Positions 34,466 through 49,400 of a stretch of DNA of 64,000 bases are shown in pieces; positions within the stretch are counted from its first letter, which is position 1, and every line of letters begins with the position of its first letter. Source of the DNA: Amphiscolops sp. MND2022 (taxonomy: Eukaryota); the NCBI GenBank assembly GCA_964187785.1, contig OZ076409.1, positions 70,434,001-70,498,000 of the forward strand, in the 5' to 3' direction. The position numbers and the translations under genes are program-made. The notes beneath the pieces are model-generated. The model saw nothing but the letters and a program-made list of their open reading frames with translations. It was not told where the DNA came from and made no database searches.

Positions 34466-37400
34466 CTAGGTGCGGGGGGGAAACCCCTTCCTTTATCTTG
34501 GAGGATTCGGGTAGGGTCCTGAATCCGATTTTAGTTCGCCCAGCTCTCAGTAGAAATCTGGGAAATTTTTTGCGATCTCGTGATCTAACCATAGGATTTT
34601 AAAGTTGGAGCGGCCCCCACCAGATTTTCCAAAGTTATTCGCCCCCCACCGGGTTCCAGCGTGATTGAAATATTTTGACGGGGTACACGGGCGACCGTTA
34701 GGGGTCATTTTGGGGGTAAAATTTATATCCGGTCGCATAACTTTTTTCCTGTTGGATTAAAACTTTGGGACCCTGCTAAAAGTTTCTTGACCGTGTTGCG
34801 GGGGCTCCGGAGGTCCAAACCAAATTTTTCTATCTTGAAGCTATCTCCAAGTACCCCCCCGCCCAAAACGTTATTTTTCCGGAAACGCAGGTTTTTGACC
34901 CGGAAGGAGTCGTCTGAGCGCGGGGTCGTTAGGTGATGTTTTGGGGACGGCCTTGAGACGAAGCGGGGGATATATAGTTTGCCGACCCCAGTTTACCCCC
35001 CGGACGGGAAATGACCGTTATATGAGCGGGAAAATTGCCCCCCTCCACGTTTTACCGCTATTTCCGGTGTGAAGGAGTGGGAGTAGCGCGTCGGGTGCCA
35101 TATATCAAAAGTAGGTTTGAACAAGGAACTATCGGAAACATGTGGTTTGGGACCCCCTGGACCAACCCGTTAGCGGGAAATGGGGCTTCCGCCTCCTTTT
35201 TTTACTGCTAAAACAGTAAAATGGGCATTGAGGGGTAAATATCTCGTGAACGCGTGGAGCTACGGTGTCCATCACTACTACAAGGTTTCATACCCATGAT
35301 ATGGTGCCTTCAGGGGGGCAAACAGATTTCCGCTATCTATCACCGTTACCGACTTGGCCCCCCAGCCTAACCGCTATGTGACCGGAAATGTCACTTTTTG
35401 AGCCCAAAGGGTCGGTCCCAGCCGGGGAACGTTAGGTAAATTATTGTAGTACTCAATGAGACGAGTTGGGGGATATAGTTTCAGTCACCCCCCGTTACCC
35501 CTTGGGACCGGAAATGACCGTTATGTGGGTAAAATTGCAATTTTTATACTTTTTCAAGTGTATTTAGGTGCGGAAGGAGTGGTAATAGGTGCTTGGACAC
35601 TATATGAGGTAAGGGAGGACGTGAGGCGAGCATTCGGAAATAACCGTTATGTTGACCCTAAAGTCCCCCTGGTACCGTAAACGACCGGAAATGGTCAAAT
35701 TTTGTGTCTTTTGGGTACAAATGTTTAGTATTTTGTAGATAAAAGTATCTATTAGGTGTTTCGACGGTCTGCAGTAGTGAACATAGTCATGAAACCTTGT
35801 GGGGGGTAACGGTATATAGCACCGGAAGTCCAAACCGTTGGTGACAGGATAGGTTTTTTGGTTTTAAAATGTCTTTCGGCGTACCTTTGTCGACTATTAA
35901 GGACTATTTTTAAAAATTAAAGATTTTCCATATAGTTTCAGAGACCTCGAAACCTCAACCAACATAACCGTTACCTCATGATAGCCTTTCAAGTTGGCCT
36001 GGTGTCAACTTGGAAGGGCTATCCTTCAAAAATCGTCAATCAAGTGTGTTTTTGGGTATGTTTGTATCATTTTAGAATCAATTAGAGCTTCAAGAAAAGT
36101 TTCCCAACAACAAAAACTATGTCGTGAAGATTCCGTTACTAGAATTATAGTAAGCAAATTGTTGAGAAAATTTTTTTTTCCAAATTAAATGTGTCCTAAA
36201 TGCCAGGAAACCTATTTTACTAACAAATAGTATTGATTGGAATGTATGTAACAGATTTATAAAAGTTCAAATTATTAAGTTTCATTATGGAAGCTGAAAC
36301 GTAATATTTTAGTTTAATTAACGTCAACGCCACATACTTTACATCAACGCCCACCGTCTGTGGGCATGCCGAGGCATGCCCTTCGACGACGTATACCAAA
36401 TACATACCTAACGACGCCCGTACATGCCGGGCTAGGTGCGGGGGGGTAACCCCAACAAATATATTGGAGGATTCGGGTAGGGTCCTGAATCCGATTTTAA
36501 CTCTAATAGCTATCGATAGGAAATCTTGCAAAAATTTCGGGATCTCGTGATCTAACCATAGGATTTTAAAGTTGGAGCGGCCCCCACCAGATTTTCCGAA
36601 AATTAGCGCCCCCCACCGGGTTCCATACCCCGGGAAATTTTTTTCTGGCCACACGGGCGACCGTTAGGGGGTCATTTTAGGGGTAAAATTCATATTGGGC
36701 CACATAACTTTTTTTCTGTTGATTTAAAACTTTGGAACCCTGCTAAAAGTTTCTTGACCGTGTTGCAGGGGAACCGAAGGTCCAAACCAAATTTTTCTAT
36801 CTTGAAGCTATCTCCAAGTACCCCCCCGCTCAAACCGTTATTTTTCCGGAAACGCAGGTTTTTGACCCGGAAGGAGTCGTCTGAGCGCGGGGTCGTTAGG
36901 TGATGTATTGGGGACGGCCTTGAGACGAAGTGGGGGACAAGTAGTTTGCCAACCTCAATTTACCCCCCGGACGGGAAATGACCGTTATATGAGCGTGAAA
37001 AATGCCCCCCTCCACGTTTTACCGCTATTTCCGGTGTGAAGGAGTGGGAGTAGCGCGTCGGGTGTTATATAACAAAAGTAGGTTTAGACAAGGACCTATC
37101 GGAAACATGTAGTTTGGGACCCCCTGGACCAACCCGTTAGCGGGAAATGGGGCTTCCGCCTCCTTTTTTTAGTGCTAAAACCGTAAAATGGGCATTGAGG
37201 GGTAAATATCTCGTGAACGCGTGGAGCAATCGTGTCCATCACTACTACAAGGTTTCATACCCATGATATGGTGCCTTCAGGGGGGCAAACAGATTTCCGC
37301 TATCTATCACCGTTACCGACTTGGCCCCCCAGCCTAACCGCTATGTGACCGGAAATGTCACTTTTTGAGCCCAAAGGGTCGGTCCCAGCTGGGGAACGTT

Positions 37401-40400
37401 AGGTAACTTATTGTAGTACTCAATGAGACGAGTTGGGGGATATAGTTTCAGTCACCCCCCGTTACCCCTTGGGACCGGAAATGACCGTTATGTGGGTAAA
37501 ATTGCAATTTTTATACCTTTTCAAGTGTATTTAGGTGCGGAAGGAGTGGTAATAGGTGCTTGGACACTATATGAGGTAAGGGAGGACGTGAGGCGAGCAT
37601 TCGGAAATAACCGTTATGTTGACCCTAAAGTCCCCCTGGTACCGTAAACGACCGGAAATGGTCAAATTTTGTGTCTATTGGGTACAAATGTTTTGTATTT
37701 TGTAGATAAAAGTATCTATTAGGTGTTTCGACGGTCTACAGTAGTGAACATAGTCATGAAACCTTGTGGGGGGTAACGGTATATAGCACCGGAAGTCAAA
37801 CCGTTGGAGACAGGATAGGTTTTTTGGTTTTAAAATGTCTTTCGGCGTAATTTTTTCGACTCTTGTGGACTATTTTTAAAAATTAAAGTTTTTCCATATA
37901 GTTTCAGAGACTCCGAAACCTCAACCAACATAACCGTTACCTTATGATAGCCTTTCAAGTTGGCCTGGTGTCAACTTGGAAGCGCTATCCTTCTGAAATC
38001 GTTAATCAAGAGTGTTTTTGGGTAGGTATATATTGCATTAGTACCAATTAGAGCTTCATCAACAGTGTATCAACGACAAAAACTATGCCGTCATGATTCC
38101 GTTATTAGAATCATAGTGAGCAAATTGTTGAAAAAAATGGTTTTTTCCATACAAAATGTGTCCTAAATGCCAGGAAACCTATTTACCTAACAAATGGTAT
38201 TAATTGGAATGTTTGTAACAGATTTATAAAAGTTCAAATTGAATATTACATTTCATTATGGAAGCTGAAACGTCATATTTTAGTTTAATTAACGTCAACG
38301 CCACACACTTTACATCAACGCCCACCGTCTGTGGGCATGCCGAGGCATGCCCTTCGACGACGTATGACAAATCCATATCAAACGACGCCCGTACATCCCG
38401 GGCTAGGTGCGGGGGGGAAACCCCTTCCTTTATCTTGGAGGATTCGGGTAGGGTCCTGAATCCGAGTTCAGTGCCGCCAGCTCTCAGTAGAAATCTGGGA
38501 AATTTTTTGCGATCTCGGGATCTAACCATAGGATTTTAAAGTTGGAGCGGCCCCCACCAGATTTTCCAAAGTTATTCGCCCCCCACCGGGTTCCAGCGTG
38601 ATTGAAATATTTTGTCGGGGTACACGGGCGACCGTTAGGGGTCATTTTAGGGGTAAAATTTATATAATGTCGCATAACTTTTTTCCTGTTGGTTTAAAAC
38701 TTTAGGACCCTGCTAAAAGTTTCTTGACCTTGTTGCAGTGGCTCCGGAGGTCCAAACCAATTTTTTCTATCTTGAAGCTATCTCCAAGTACCCCCCCGCC
38801 CAAACCGTTATTTTTCCGGAAACGCCGGTTTTTGACCCGGAAGGAGTCGTCTGAGCGCGGGGTCGTTAGGTGATGTTTTGGGGACGGCCTTGAGACGAAG
38901 CGGGGGACATGTAATTTGCCGACCCCAGTTTACCCCCCGGACGGAAAATGACCGTTATATGAGCGGGATAAATGCCCCCCTCCACGTTTTACCGCTATTT
39001 CCGATGGGAAGGAGTGGGAGTAGCGCTTCGGGTGCCATATATCAAAAGTAGGTTTAGACAAGGACCTATCGGAAACATGTGGTTTGGGACCCCCTGACCC
39101 AACCCGTTAGCGGGAAATGGGGCTTCCGCCTCCTTTTTTTACAGTTAAAACCGGAAAATGGGCATTGAGGGGTAAATATCTCGTGAACGCGTGGAGCAAT
39201 CGTGTCCATCACTACTACAAGGTTTCATACCCATGATATGGTGCCTTCAGGGGGGCAAACAGATTTCCGCTATCTATCACCGTTACGGACTTGGCCCCCC
39301 AGCCTAACCGCTATGTGACCGGAAATGTCATTTTTTGAGCCCAAAGGGTCAGTCCGAGCGCGGCATGGTTAGGTAACTTATTGTAGTACTCAATGAGACG
39401 AGTTGGGGGATATAGTTTCAGTCACCCCCCGTTACCCCTTGTGACCGGAAATGACCGTTATGTGGGTAAAAATGCGATTTTTGTACTTTTTGAAGGGCAT
39501 TTAGGTGCGGAAGGAATGGTAAAAGGTGCTTGGACACTATATGATGTAATGGAGGTCGTGAGGAGAGCATTCGGAAGTAACCGTTACGTTGACCCCAAAG
39601 TCCCCCTGGTACCGTTAACAACCGGAAATGGCCAAATTTTGTGTTTATAGGGTACAAATGTTTGGTATTTTATGGATAAAAGTACCTGGAAGGTGTTTTA
39701 AAGGCCTCCAGAAGTGAACATAGTCATGAAACTTTGTGGGGGGTAACGGTATATAGCACCGGAAGTCCAAACCGTTGGTCACAGAATAGGTTTTTTGGTT
39801 TCAAAATGTCTTTAGGCGTAGTTTTGTGGGTTGAATCGTCATAATATCAACTAATACGGACTTTTTTCGGAAATAAAATTTTTTCACATTAGTTTCAGGG
39901 ACCTCCAATGTTTCAGTCAACATAACCGTTACATTTTGATAGCCTTTCAAGTTGGCCTGGTGTCAACTTGGAAGGGCTATCCTTCTAAAATCGTTAATCA
40001 AGAGTGTTTTTGGATAGATATATGTTGCATTAGTACCAATTAGAGCTTCATCAACAGTTTGCCAACGGCAAAACAATGTCGTGATAATTCCGTTCTAAGA
40101 ATATTAATTAACAAATTGTTTCCAAAGTTGATTTTTTCCAATCGAAATGTGTCCTAATGCCACCAAATTGAATAAAATAATAAATGGTATTGACTAAACC
40201 TAAATAACATTGAAAAAGAAGCTCAACATTTTTAATAGGTCTCATTATGGAAGCTGAAACCTCACGTTTTAACTTAATTAACGTCAACGCCACATACTTT
40301 ACATCAACGCCCACCGTCTGTGGGCATGCCGAGGCATGCCCTTCGACGACGTATACCAATTACATATATATCTACACCCACCCGCGGTAGCAGCTAGGTG

Positions 40401-43400
40401 CGGGGGGGTAACCCCAACAAAGATATTGGAGGATTCGGGTAGGGTCCTGAATCCGATCTTAGTACCGTCAGCTATCAGTAGAAAATTTCCCTCAAAAACC
40501 GGGATCTCGGGAACTAACCGTAGGATTTGAAAGTTGGAGCGGCCCCCACCAGATTTTCCCGAATAGATCGCCCCCCACCGGGCTCCATACCCCGGAAAAT
40601 TTTTTTTTGGCCACACGGGCGACAGTTAGGGGGTCATTTTAGGGGTAAAATTCATATTGGTCCATATAACTTTTTTCCTGTTGGTTTAAAAATTTGGGAA
40701 CCCTTCTAAAGGTTTTTCGACCATGTTGCAAGGGCTCCGGAGGTGCAAACCAAAGTTTTCTATCTTGAAGCTATCTCCAAGTACCCCCCCGCTCAAACCG
40801 TTATTTTTCCGGAAACGCAGGTTTTTGACCCGGAAGGAGTCGTCTGAGCGCGGGGTCGTTAGGTGATGTTTTGGGGACGGCCTTGAGACAAAGTGGGGGA
40901 CATGTAGTTTACCAACCTCAGTTTACCCCCCGGACGGGAAATGACCGTTATATGAGCGTGAAAAATGCCCCCCTCCACGTTTTACCGCTATTTCCGGTGT
41001 GAAGGTGTGGGAGTAGCGCGTCGGGTGCCATATATCAAAAGTAGGTTTAGACAAGGATCTATCAAAAACATGTGGTTTGGGACCCCCTGACCCAACCCGT
41101 TAGCGGGAAATGGGGCTTCCGCCTCCTTTTTTTTCGGTTAAAAACGGAAAATGGGCATTGAGGGGTAAATATCTCGTGAACGCGTGGAGCTACGGTGTCC
41201 TTCACTACTACAAGGTTTCATACCCATGATATGGTGCCTTCAGGGGGGCAAACAGATTTCCGCTATCTATCACCGTTACGGACTTGGCCCCCCAGCCTAA
41301 CCGCTATGTGACCGGAAATGTCACTTTTTGAGCCCAAAGGGTCGGTCCCAGCCAGGGAACGTTAGATAACTTTTTGTAGTAGTCAATGAGACGAGTTGGG
41401 GGATATAGTTTCAGTCACCCCCGTTACTCCTTGGGACCGGAAATGACCGTTATGTGAGTAAAATTGCGATTTTTGTACTTTTTGAAGGGCAATTAGGTGC
41501 GGAAGGAGTGGTAATAGGTGCTTGGACACTATATGATGGAAGGGAGGACGTGAGGCGAGCGTTCGGAAATAACCGTTATGTTGACCCCAAAGTCCCCCTG
41601 GTACCGTAAACGACCGGAAATGGTCAAATTTTGTGTCTATTGGGTACAAATGTTTGGTATTTTGTAAATAAAAGTATCTATTAGGTGTTTCGACGGTCTG
41701 CAGTAGTGAACATAGTCATGAAACCTTGTGGGGGGTAACGGTATATAGCACCGGAAGTCCAAAACGTTAGAGACGGGATAGGTTTTTCCGTTTTAAAATG
41801 TCTTTCGGCGTACTTTTGTCAACTAATATGGAATATTTTTTAAAATTAAAGTTTTTCCATATAGTTTCAGAGACTCCCAAACCTGAAACAACATAACCGT
41901 TACCTTATGATAGCCTTTCAAGTTGGCCTGGTGTCAACTTGGAAGGGCTATCCTTCAAAAATCGTTGATCAAGTGTGTTTTTGGGTATGTTTGAATCATT
42001 TTAGAATCAATTAGAGCTTCAAGAAATGTTTGCCAACGACAAAAACTATGTCGTGATGATTCCGTTATTAGAGTAATAGTTAACAAAATATTGATTAAGT
42101 TGATTTTTTACATTTCAAAAGTGTCCTAAAAGCCAGAAAACCTCTTTACCAAACAAATGGTATTGATTGGATTGTATATAACAGGTAATAAAAGTTCAAA
42201 TTGATTATTACGTTTTAATATGTAAGCTGAAACGTCATATTATAGTTTAATTAACGTCAACGCCACATACTTTACACCAACGCCCACCGTCTGTGGGCAT
42301 GCCGAGGCATGCCCTTCGACGACGTATACCAAACACCCTCCATATCTACACCCAACCGCGGTAGCAGCTAGGTGCGGGGGGGAAACCCCAACAAAATTTT
42401 TGGAGGATTCGGGTAGGGTCCTGAATCCGAGTTCAGTGCTGCCAGCTTTCGTTAAGAAAATTTGGATAGGATTCGGGATCTCGTGATCTAACCATAGGAT
42501 TTTAAAGTTGGAGCGGCCCCCACCAGATTTTCCGAAAATTAGCGCCCCCCACCGGGTTCCATACCCCGGAAAATTTTTTTCTGGCCACACGGGCGACCGT
42601 TAGGGGGTCATTTTAGGGGTAAAATTCATATTGGGCCACATAACTTTTTTTCTGTTGATTTAAAAGTTTGGGAACCCTACTAAAGGTTTCTTGACCGTGT
42701 TGCAGGGGCCCCGGAGGTCCAAACCAAATTTTTCTATCTTGAAGCTATCTCCAAGTACCCCCCCGCCCAAAACGTTATTTTTCCGGAAACGCAGGTTTTT
42801 GACCCGGAAGGAGTCGTCGGAGCGCGGGGTCGTTAGGTGATGTATTGGGGACGGCCTTGAGACGAAGTGGGGGACATGCAGTTTGCCAACCCCAGTTTAC
42901 CCCCCGGACGGGAAATGACCGTTATATGAGCGGGAAAAATGCCCCCCTCCACGTTTTACCGCTATTTCCGGTGTGAAGGAATGGGAGTAGCGCGTCGGGT
43001 GCCATATATCAAAAGTAGGTTTAAACAAGGACCTATCGGAAACATGTGGTTTGGGACCCCCTAGACCAACCCGTTAGCAGGAAATGGGGCTTCCGGCCCG
43101 TTTTTTTACGGTTAAAAACGGAAAATGGGCATTGAGGGGTAAATATCTCGTGAACGCGTGGAGCTATGGTGTCCTTCACTACTACAAGGTTTCATACCCA
43201 TGATATGGTGCCTTCAGGGGGGCAAACAGATTTCCGCTATCTATCACCGTTACGGACTTGGCCCCCCAGCCTAACCGTTAAGTGACCGGAAATGTCATAT
43301 TTTGAACCCAAAGGGTCGATCCTAGCCGGGCAACGTTAGGTAACAAATTGTAGTACTCATTGAGACGAGTTGGGGGATCTAGTTTCAGTCACCCCCCGTT

Positions 43401-46400
43401 ACCCCTTGAGACCGGAAATGACCGTTATGTGAGTAGAATTGCAATTTTTATACCTTTTGAAGGGCATTTAGGTGCGGAAGGAATGGTAATAGGTGCTTGG
43501 ACACTATATGATGTAATGGAGGTCGTGAGGAGAGCATTCGGAAGTAACCGTTACGTTGACCCCAAAGTCCCCCTGGTACCGTTAACAACCGGAAATGGCC
43601 AAATTTTGTGTTTATAGGGTACAAATGTTTGGTATTTTATGGATAAAAGTACCTGGAAGGTGTTTTAAAGGCCTCCAGAAGTGAACATAGTCATGAAACT
43701 TTGTGGGGGGTAACGGTATATAGCACCGGAAGTCCAAACCGTTAGTTACAGAATAGGTTTTTTGGTTTCAAAATGTCTTTAGGCGTAGTTTTGTGGGTTG
43801 AATCGTCATAATATCAACTAATACGGACTTTTTTCGGAAATAAAATTTTTTCACATTAGTTTCAGGGACCTCCAATGTTTCAGTCAACATAACCGTTACA
43901 TTTTGATAGCCTTTCAAGTTGGCCTGGTGTCAACTTGGAAGGGCTATCCTTCTAAAATCGTTAATCAAGAGTGTTTTCGGGTAGGTGTATGTTGCATTAG
44001 TACCAATTAGAGCTTCATCAACAGTTTGCCAACGGCAAAAACGATGTCGTGATAATTCCGTTATAACAATATTAATTAACAAATTGTTTCCAAAGTTGAT
44101 TTTTTTCCATTCGAAATGTGTCCCAATGCCACCAAATTGAATAAAATAATAAATGGTATTGACTAAAACTAAATAACATTGAAAAAGAAGCTCAACATTT
44201 TTAATAGGTCTCATTATGGAAGCTGAAACCTCACGTTTTAACTTAATTAACGTCAACGCCACATACTTTACATCAACGCCCACCGTCTGTGGGCATGCCG
44301 AGGCATGCCCTTCGACGACGTATACCAATTACATATATATCTACACCCACCCGCGGTAGCAGCTAGGTGCGGGGGGGTAACCCCAACAAAAATTTTGGAG
44401 GATTCGGGTAGGGTCCTGAATCCGATTTTAACTCTAATAGCTATCGATAGGAAATCTTGCAAAAATTTCGGGATCTCGTGATCTAACCATAGGATTTTAA
44501 AGTTGGAGCGGCCCCCACCAGATTTTCCGAAAATTAGCGCCCCCCACCGGGTTCCAGCGTGATTGAAATATTTTGTCGGGGTACACGGGCGACCGTTAGG
44601 GGTCATTTTGGGGGTAAAATTTATATAATGTCGCATAACTTTTTTCCTGTTGGATTAAAATTTTGGGACCCTGCTAAAAGTTTCTTGACCGTGTTGCAGT
44701 GGCTCCGGAGGTCCAAACCAAATTTTTCTATCTTGAAGCTATCTCCAAGTACCCCCCCGCCCAAACCGTTATTTTTCCGGAAACGGAGGTTTTTGACCCG
44801 GAAGGAGTCGTCTGAGCGCGGGGTCGTTAGGTGATGTATTGGGGACGGCCTTGAGACGAAGCGGGGGATATATAGTTTGCCGACCCCAGTTTACCCCCCG
44901 CACGGGAAATGACCGTTATATGAGCGGGAAAAATGCCCCCCTCCACGTTTTACCGCTATTTCCGGTGTGAAGGAGTGGGAGTAGCGCGTCGGGTGTTATA
45001 TAACAAAAGTAGGTTTAGACAAGGATCTATCGGAAACATGTAGTTTGGGACCCCCTGGACCAACCCGTTAGCGGGAAATGGGGCTTCCGTCTCCTTTTTT
45101 TACTGCTAAAACCGTAAAATGGGCATTGAGGGGTAAATATCTCGTGAACGCGTGGAGCAATCGTGTCCATCACTACTACAAGGTTTCATACCCATGATAT
45201 GGTGCCTTCAGGGGGGCAAACAGATTTCCGCTATCTATCACCGTTACCGACTTGGCCCCCCAGCCTAACCGCTATGTGACCGGAAATGTCACTTTTTGAG
45301 CCCAAAGGGTCGGTCCAAGCCGGGGAACGTTAGGTAACTTATTGTAGTACTCAATGAGACGAGTTGGGGGATATAGTTTTAGTCACCCCCCGTTACCCCT
45401 TGGGACCGGAAATGACCGTTATGTGGGTAAAATTGCAATTTTTATACTTTTTCAAGTGTATTTAGGTGCGGAAGGCGTGGTAATAGGTGCTTGGACACTA
45501 TATGAGGTAAGGGAGGACGTGAGGCGAGCATTCGGAAATAACCGTTATGTTGACCCTAAAGTCCCCCTGGTACCGTAAACGACCGGAAATGGTCAAATTT
45601 TGTGTCTATTGGGTACAAATGTTTAGTATTTTGTAGATAAAAGTATCTATTAGGTGTTTCGACGGTCTGCAATAGTGAACATAGTCATGAAACCTTGTGG
45701 GGGGTAACGGGGTATATAGCCCCGGAAGTCCAAACCGTTGGACACAGGATAGGTTTTTGGTTTGAAAATGTCTTTCGGCGTACTTTTGTCGACTATTATG
45801 GACTATTATTAAACATTAAAGTTTTTCCATATAGTTTCAGAGACTCCGAAACCTCAACCAACATAACCGTTACATTTTGATAGCCTTTCAAGTTGGCCTG
45901 GTGTCAACTTGGAAGCGCTATCCTTCTGAAATCGTTAATCAAGAGTGTTTTTGGGTAGGTATATATTGCATTAGTACCAATTAGAGCTTCATCAACAGTG
46001 TATCAACGACAAAAACTATGCCGTCATGATTCCGTTATCAGAATCATAGTGAGCAACTTGTTGAAAAAAATGGTTTTTTCCATACAAAATGTGTCCTAAA
46101 TGCCAGGAAACCTAATTACCTAACAAATGGTATTAATTGGAATGTTTGTAACAGATTTATGAAAGTTCAAATTGAATATTACATTTCATTATGGAAGCTG
46201 AAACGTCATATTTTAGTTTAATTAACGTCAACGCCACACACTTTACATCAACGCACACCGTCTGTGGGCATGCCGAGGCATGCCCTTCGACGACGTATGA
46301 CAAATCCTTATCAAACGACGCCCGTACATGCCGGGCTAGGTGCGGGGGGGAAACCCCTTCCTTTATCTTGGAGGATTCGGGTAGGGTCCTGAATCCGATC

Positions 46401-49400
46401 TTAGTTCGCCCAGCTCTCAGTAGAAATCTGGGAAATTTTTTGCGATCTCGTGATCTAACCATAGGATTTTAAAGTTGGAGCGGCCCCCACCAGATTTTCC
46501 AAAGTTATTCGCCCCCCACCGGGTTCCAGCGTGATTGAAATATTTTGACGGGGTACACGGGCGACCGTTAGGGGTCATTTTGGGGGTAAAATTTATATCC
46601 GGTCGCATAACTTTTTTCCTGTTGGATTAAAACTTTGGGACCCTGCTAAAAGTTTCTTGACCGTGTTGCGGGGGCTCCGGAGGTCCAAACCAAATTTTTC
46701 TATCTTGAAGCTATCTCCAAGTACCCCCCCGCCCAAAACGTTATTTTTCCGGAAACGCAGGTTTTTGACCCGGAAGGAGTCGTCTGAGCGCGGGGTCGTT
46801 AGGTGATGTTTTGGGGACGGCCTTGAGACGAAGCGGGGGATATATAGTTTGCCGACCCCAGTTTACCCCCCGCACGGGAAATGACCGTTATATGAGCGGG
46901 AAAAATGCCCCCCTCCACGTTTTACCGCTATTTCCGGTGTGAAGGAGTGGGAGTAGCGCGTCGGGTGTTATATAACAAAAGTAGGTTTAGACAAGGACCT
47001 ATCGGAAACATGTAGCTTGCGACCCCCTGGACCAACCCGTTAGCGGGAAATGGGGCTTCCGCCTCCTTTTTTTACTGCTAAAACCGTAAAATGGGCATTG
47101 AGGGGTAAATATCTCGTGAACGCGTGGAGCAATCGTGTCCATCACTACTACAAGGTTTCATACCCATGATATGGTGCCTTCAGGGGGGCAAACAGATTTC
47201 CGCTATCTATCACCGTTACCGACTTGGCCCCCCAGCCTAACCGCTATGTGACCGGAAATGTCACTTTTTGAGCCCAAAGGGTCGGTCCCAGCCGGGGAAC
47301 GTTAGGTAACTTATTGTAATACTCAATGAGACGAGTTGGGGGATATAGTTTCAGTCACCCCCCGTTACCCCTTGGGACCGGAAATGACCGTTATGTGGGT
47401 AAAATTGCAATTTTTATACTTTTTTAAGTGTATTTAGGTGCGGAAGGAGTGGTAATAGGTGCTTGGACACTATATGAGGCAAGGGAGGACGTGAGGCGAG
47501 CATTCGGAAATAACCGTTATGTTGACCCTAAAGTCCCCCTGGTACCGTAAACGACCGGAAATGGTCAAATTTTGTGTCTATTGGGTACAAATGTTTAGTA
47601 TTTTGTAGATAAAAGTATCTATTAGGTGTTTCGACGGTCTGCAATAGTGAACATAGTCATGAAACCTTGTGGGGGGTAACGGGGTATATAGCACCGGAAG
47701 TCCAAACCGTTGGACACAGGATAGGTTTTTGGTTTGAAAATGTCTTTTGGCGTACTTTTGTCGACTATTATGGACTATTATTAAAAATTAAAGTTTTTCC
47801 ATATAGTTTCAGAGACTCCGAAACCTCAACCAACATAACCGTTACATTTTGATAGCCTTTCAAGTTGGCCTGGTGTCAACTTGGAAGCGCTATCCTTCTG
47901 AAATCGTTAATCAAGAGTGTTTTTGGGTAGGTATATATTGCATTAGTACCAATTAGAGCTTCATCAACAGTGTATCAACGACAAAAACTATGCCGTCATG
48001 ATTCCGTTATCAGAATCATAGTGAGCAAATTGTTGAAAAAAATGGTTTTTTCCATACAAAAGGTGTCCTAAATGCCAGGAAACCTATTTACCTAACAAAT
48101 GGTATTAATTGGAATGTATGTAACAGATTTATAAAAGTTCAAATTGAATATTACATTTCATTATGGAAGCTGAAACGTCATATTTTAGTTTAATTAACGT
48201 CAACGCCACACACTTTACATCAACGCACACCGTCTGTGGGCATGCCGAGGCATGCCCTTCGACGACGTATGACAAATCCTTATCAAACGACGCCCGTACA
48301 TGCCGGGCTAGGTGCGGGGGGAAACCCCTTCCTTTATCTTGGAGGATTCGGGTAGGGTCCTGAATCCGATTTTAGTTCGCCCAGCTCTCAGTAGAAATCT
48401 GGGAAATTTTTTGCGATCTCGTGATCTAACCATAGGATTTTAAAGTTGGAGCGGCCCCCACCAGATTTTCCAAAGTTATTCGCCCCCCACCGGGTTCCAG
48501 CGTGATTGAAATATTTTGACGGGGTACACGGGCGACCGTTAGGGGTCATTTTGGGGGTAAAATTTATATCCGGTCGCATAACTTTTTTCCTGTTGGATTA
48601 AAACTTTGGGACCCTGCTAAAAGTTTCTTGACCGTGTTGCGGGGGCTCCGGAGGTCCAAACCAAATTTTTCTATCTTGAAGCTATCTCCAAGTACCCCCC
48701 CGCCCAAAACGTTATTTTTCCGGAAACGCAGGTTTTTGACCCGGAAGGAGTCGTCGGAGCGCGGGGTCGTTAGGTGATGTATTGGGGACGGCTTTGAGAC
48801 GAAGTGGGGGACATGCAGTTTGCCAACCCCAGTTTACCCCCGGGACGGGAAATGACCGTTATATGAGCGGGAAAAATGCCCCCCTCCACGTTTTACCGCT
48901 ATTTCCGGTGTGAAGGAGTGGGAGTAGCGCGTCGGGTGCCATATATCAAAAGTAGGTTTGAACAAGGAACTATCGGAAACATGTGGTTTGGGACCCCCTG
49001 GACCAACCCGTTAGCGGGAAATGGGGCTTCCGCCTCCTTTTTTTACTGCTAAAACAGTAAAATGGGCATTGAGGGGTAAATATCTCGTGAACGCGTGGAG
49101 CTACGGTGTCCATCACTACTACAAGGTTTCATACCCATGATATGGTGCCTTCAGGGGGGCAAACAGATTTCCGCTATCTATCACCGTTACCGACTTGGCC
49201 CCCCAGCCTAACCGCTATGTGACCGGAAATGTCACTTTTTGAGCCCAAAGGGTCGGTCCCAGCCGGGGAACGTTAGGTAAATTATTGTAGTACTCAATGA
49301 GACGAGTTGGGGGATATAGTTTCAGTCACCCCCCGTTACCCCTTGGGACCGGAAATGACCGTTATGTGGGTAAAATTGCAATTTTTATACTTTTTCAAGT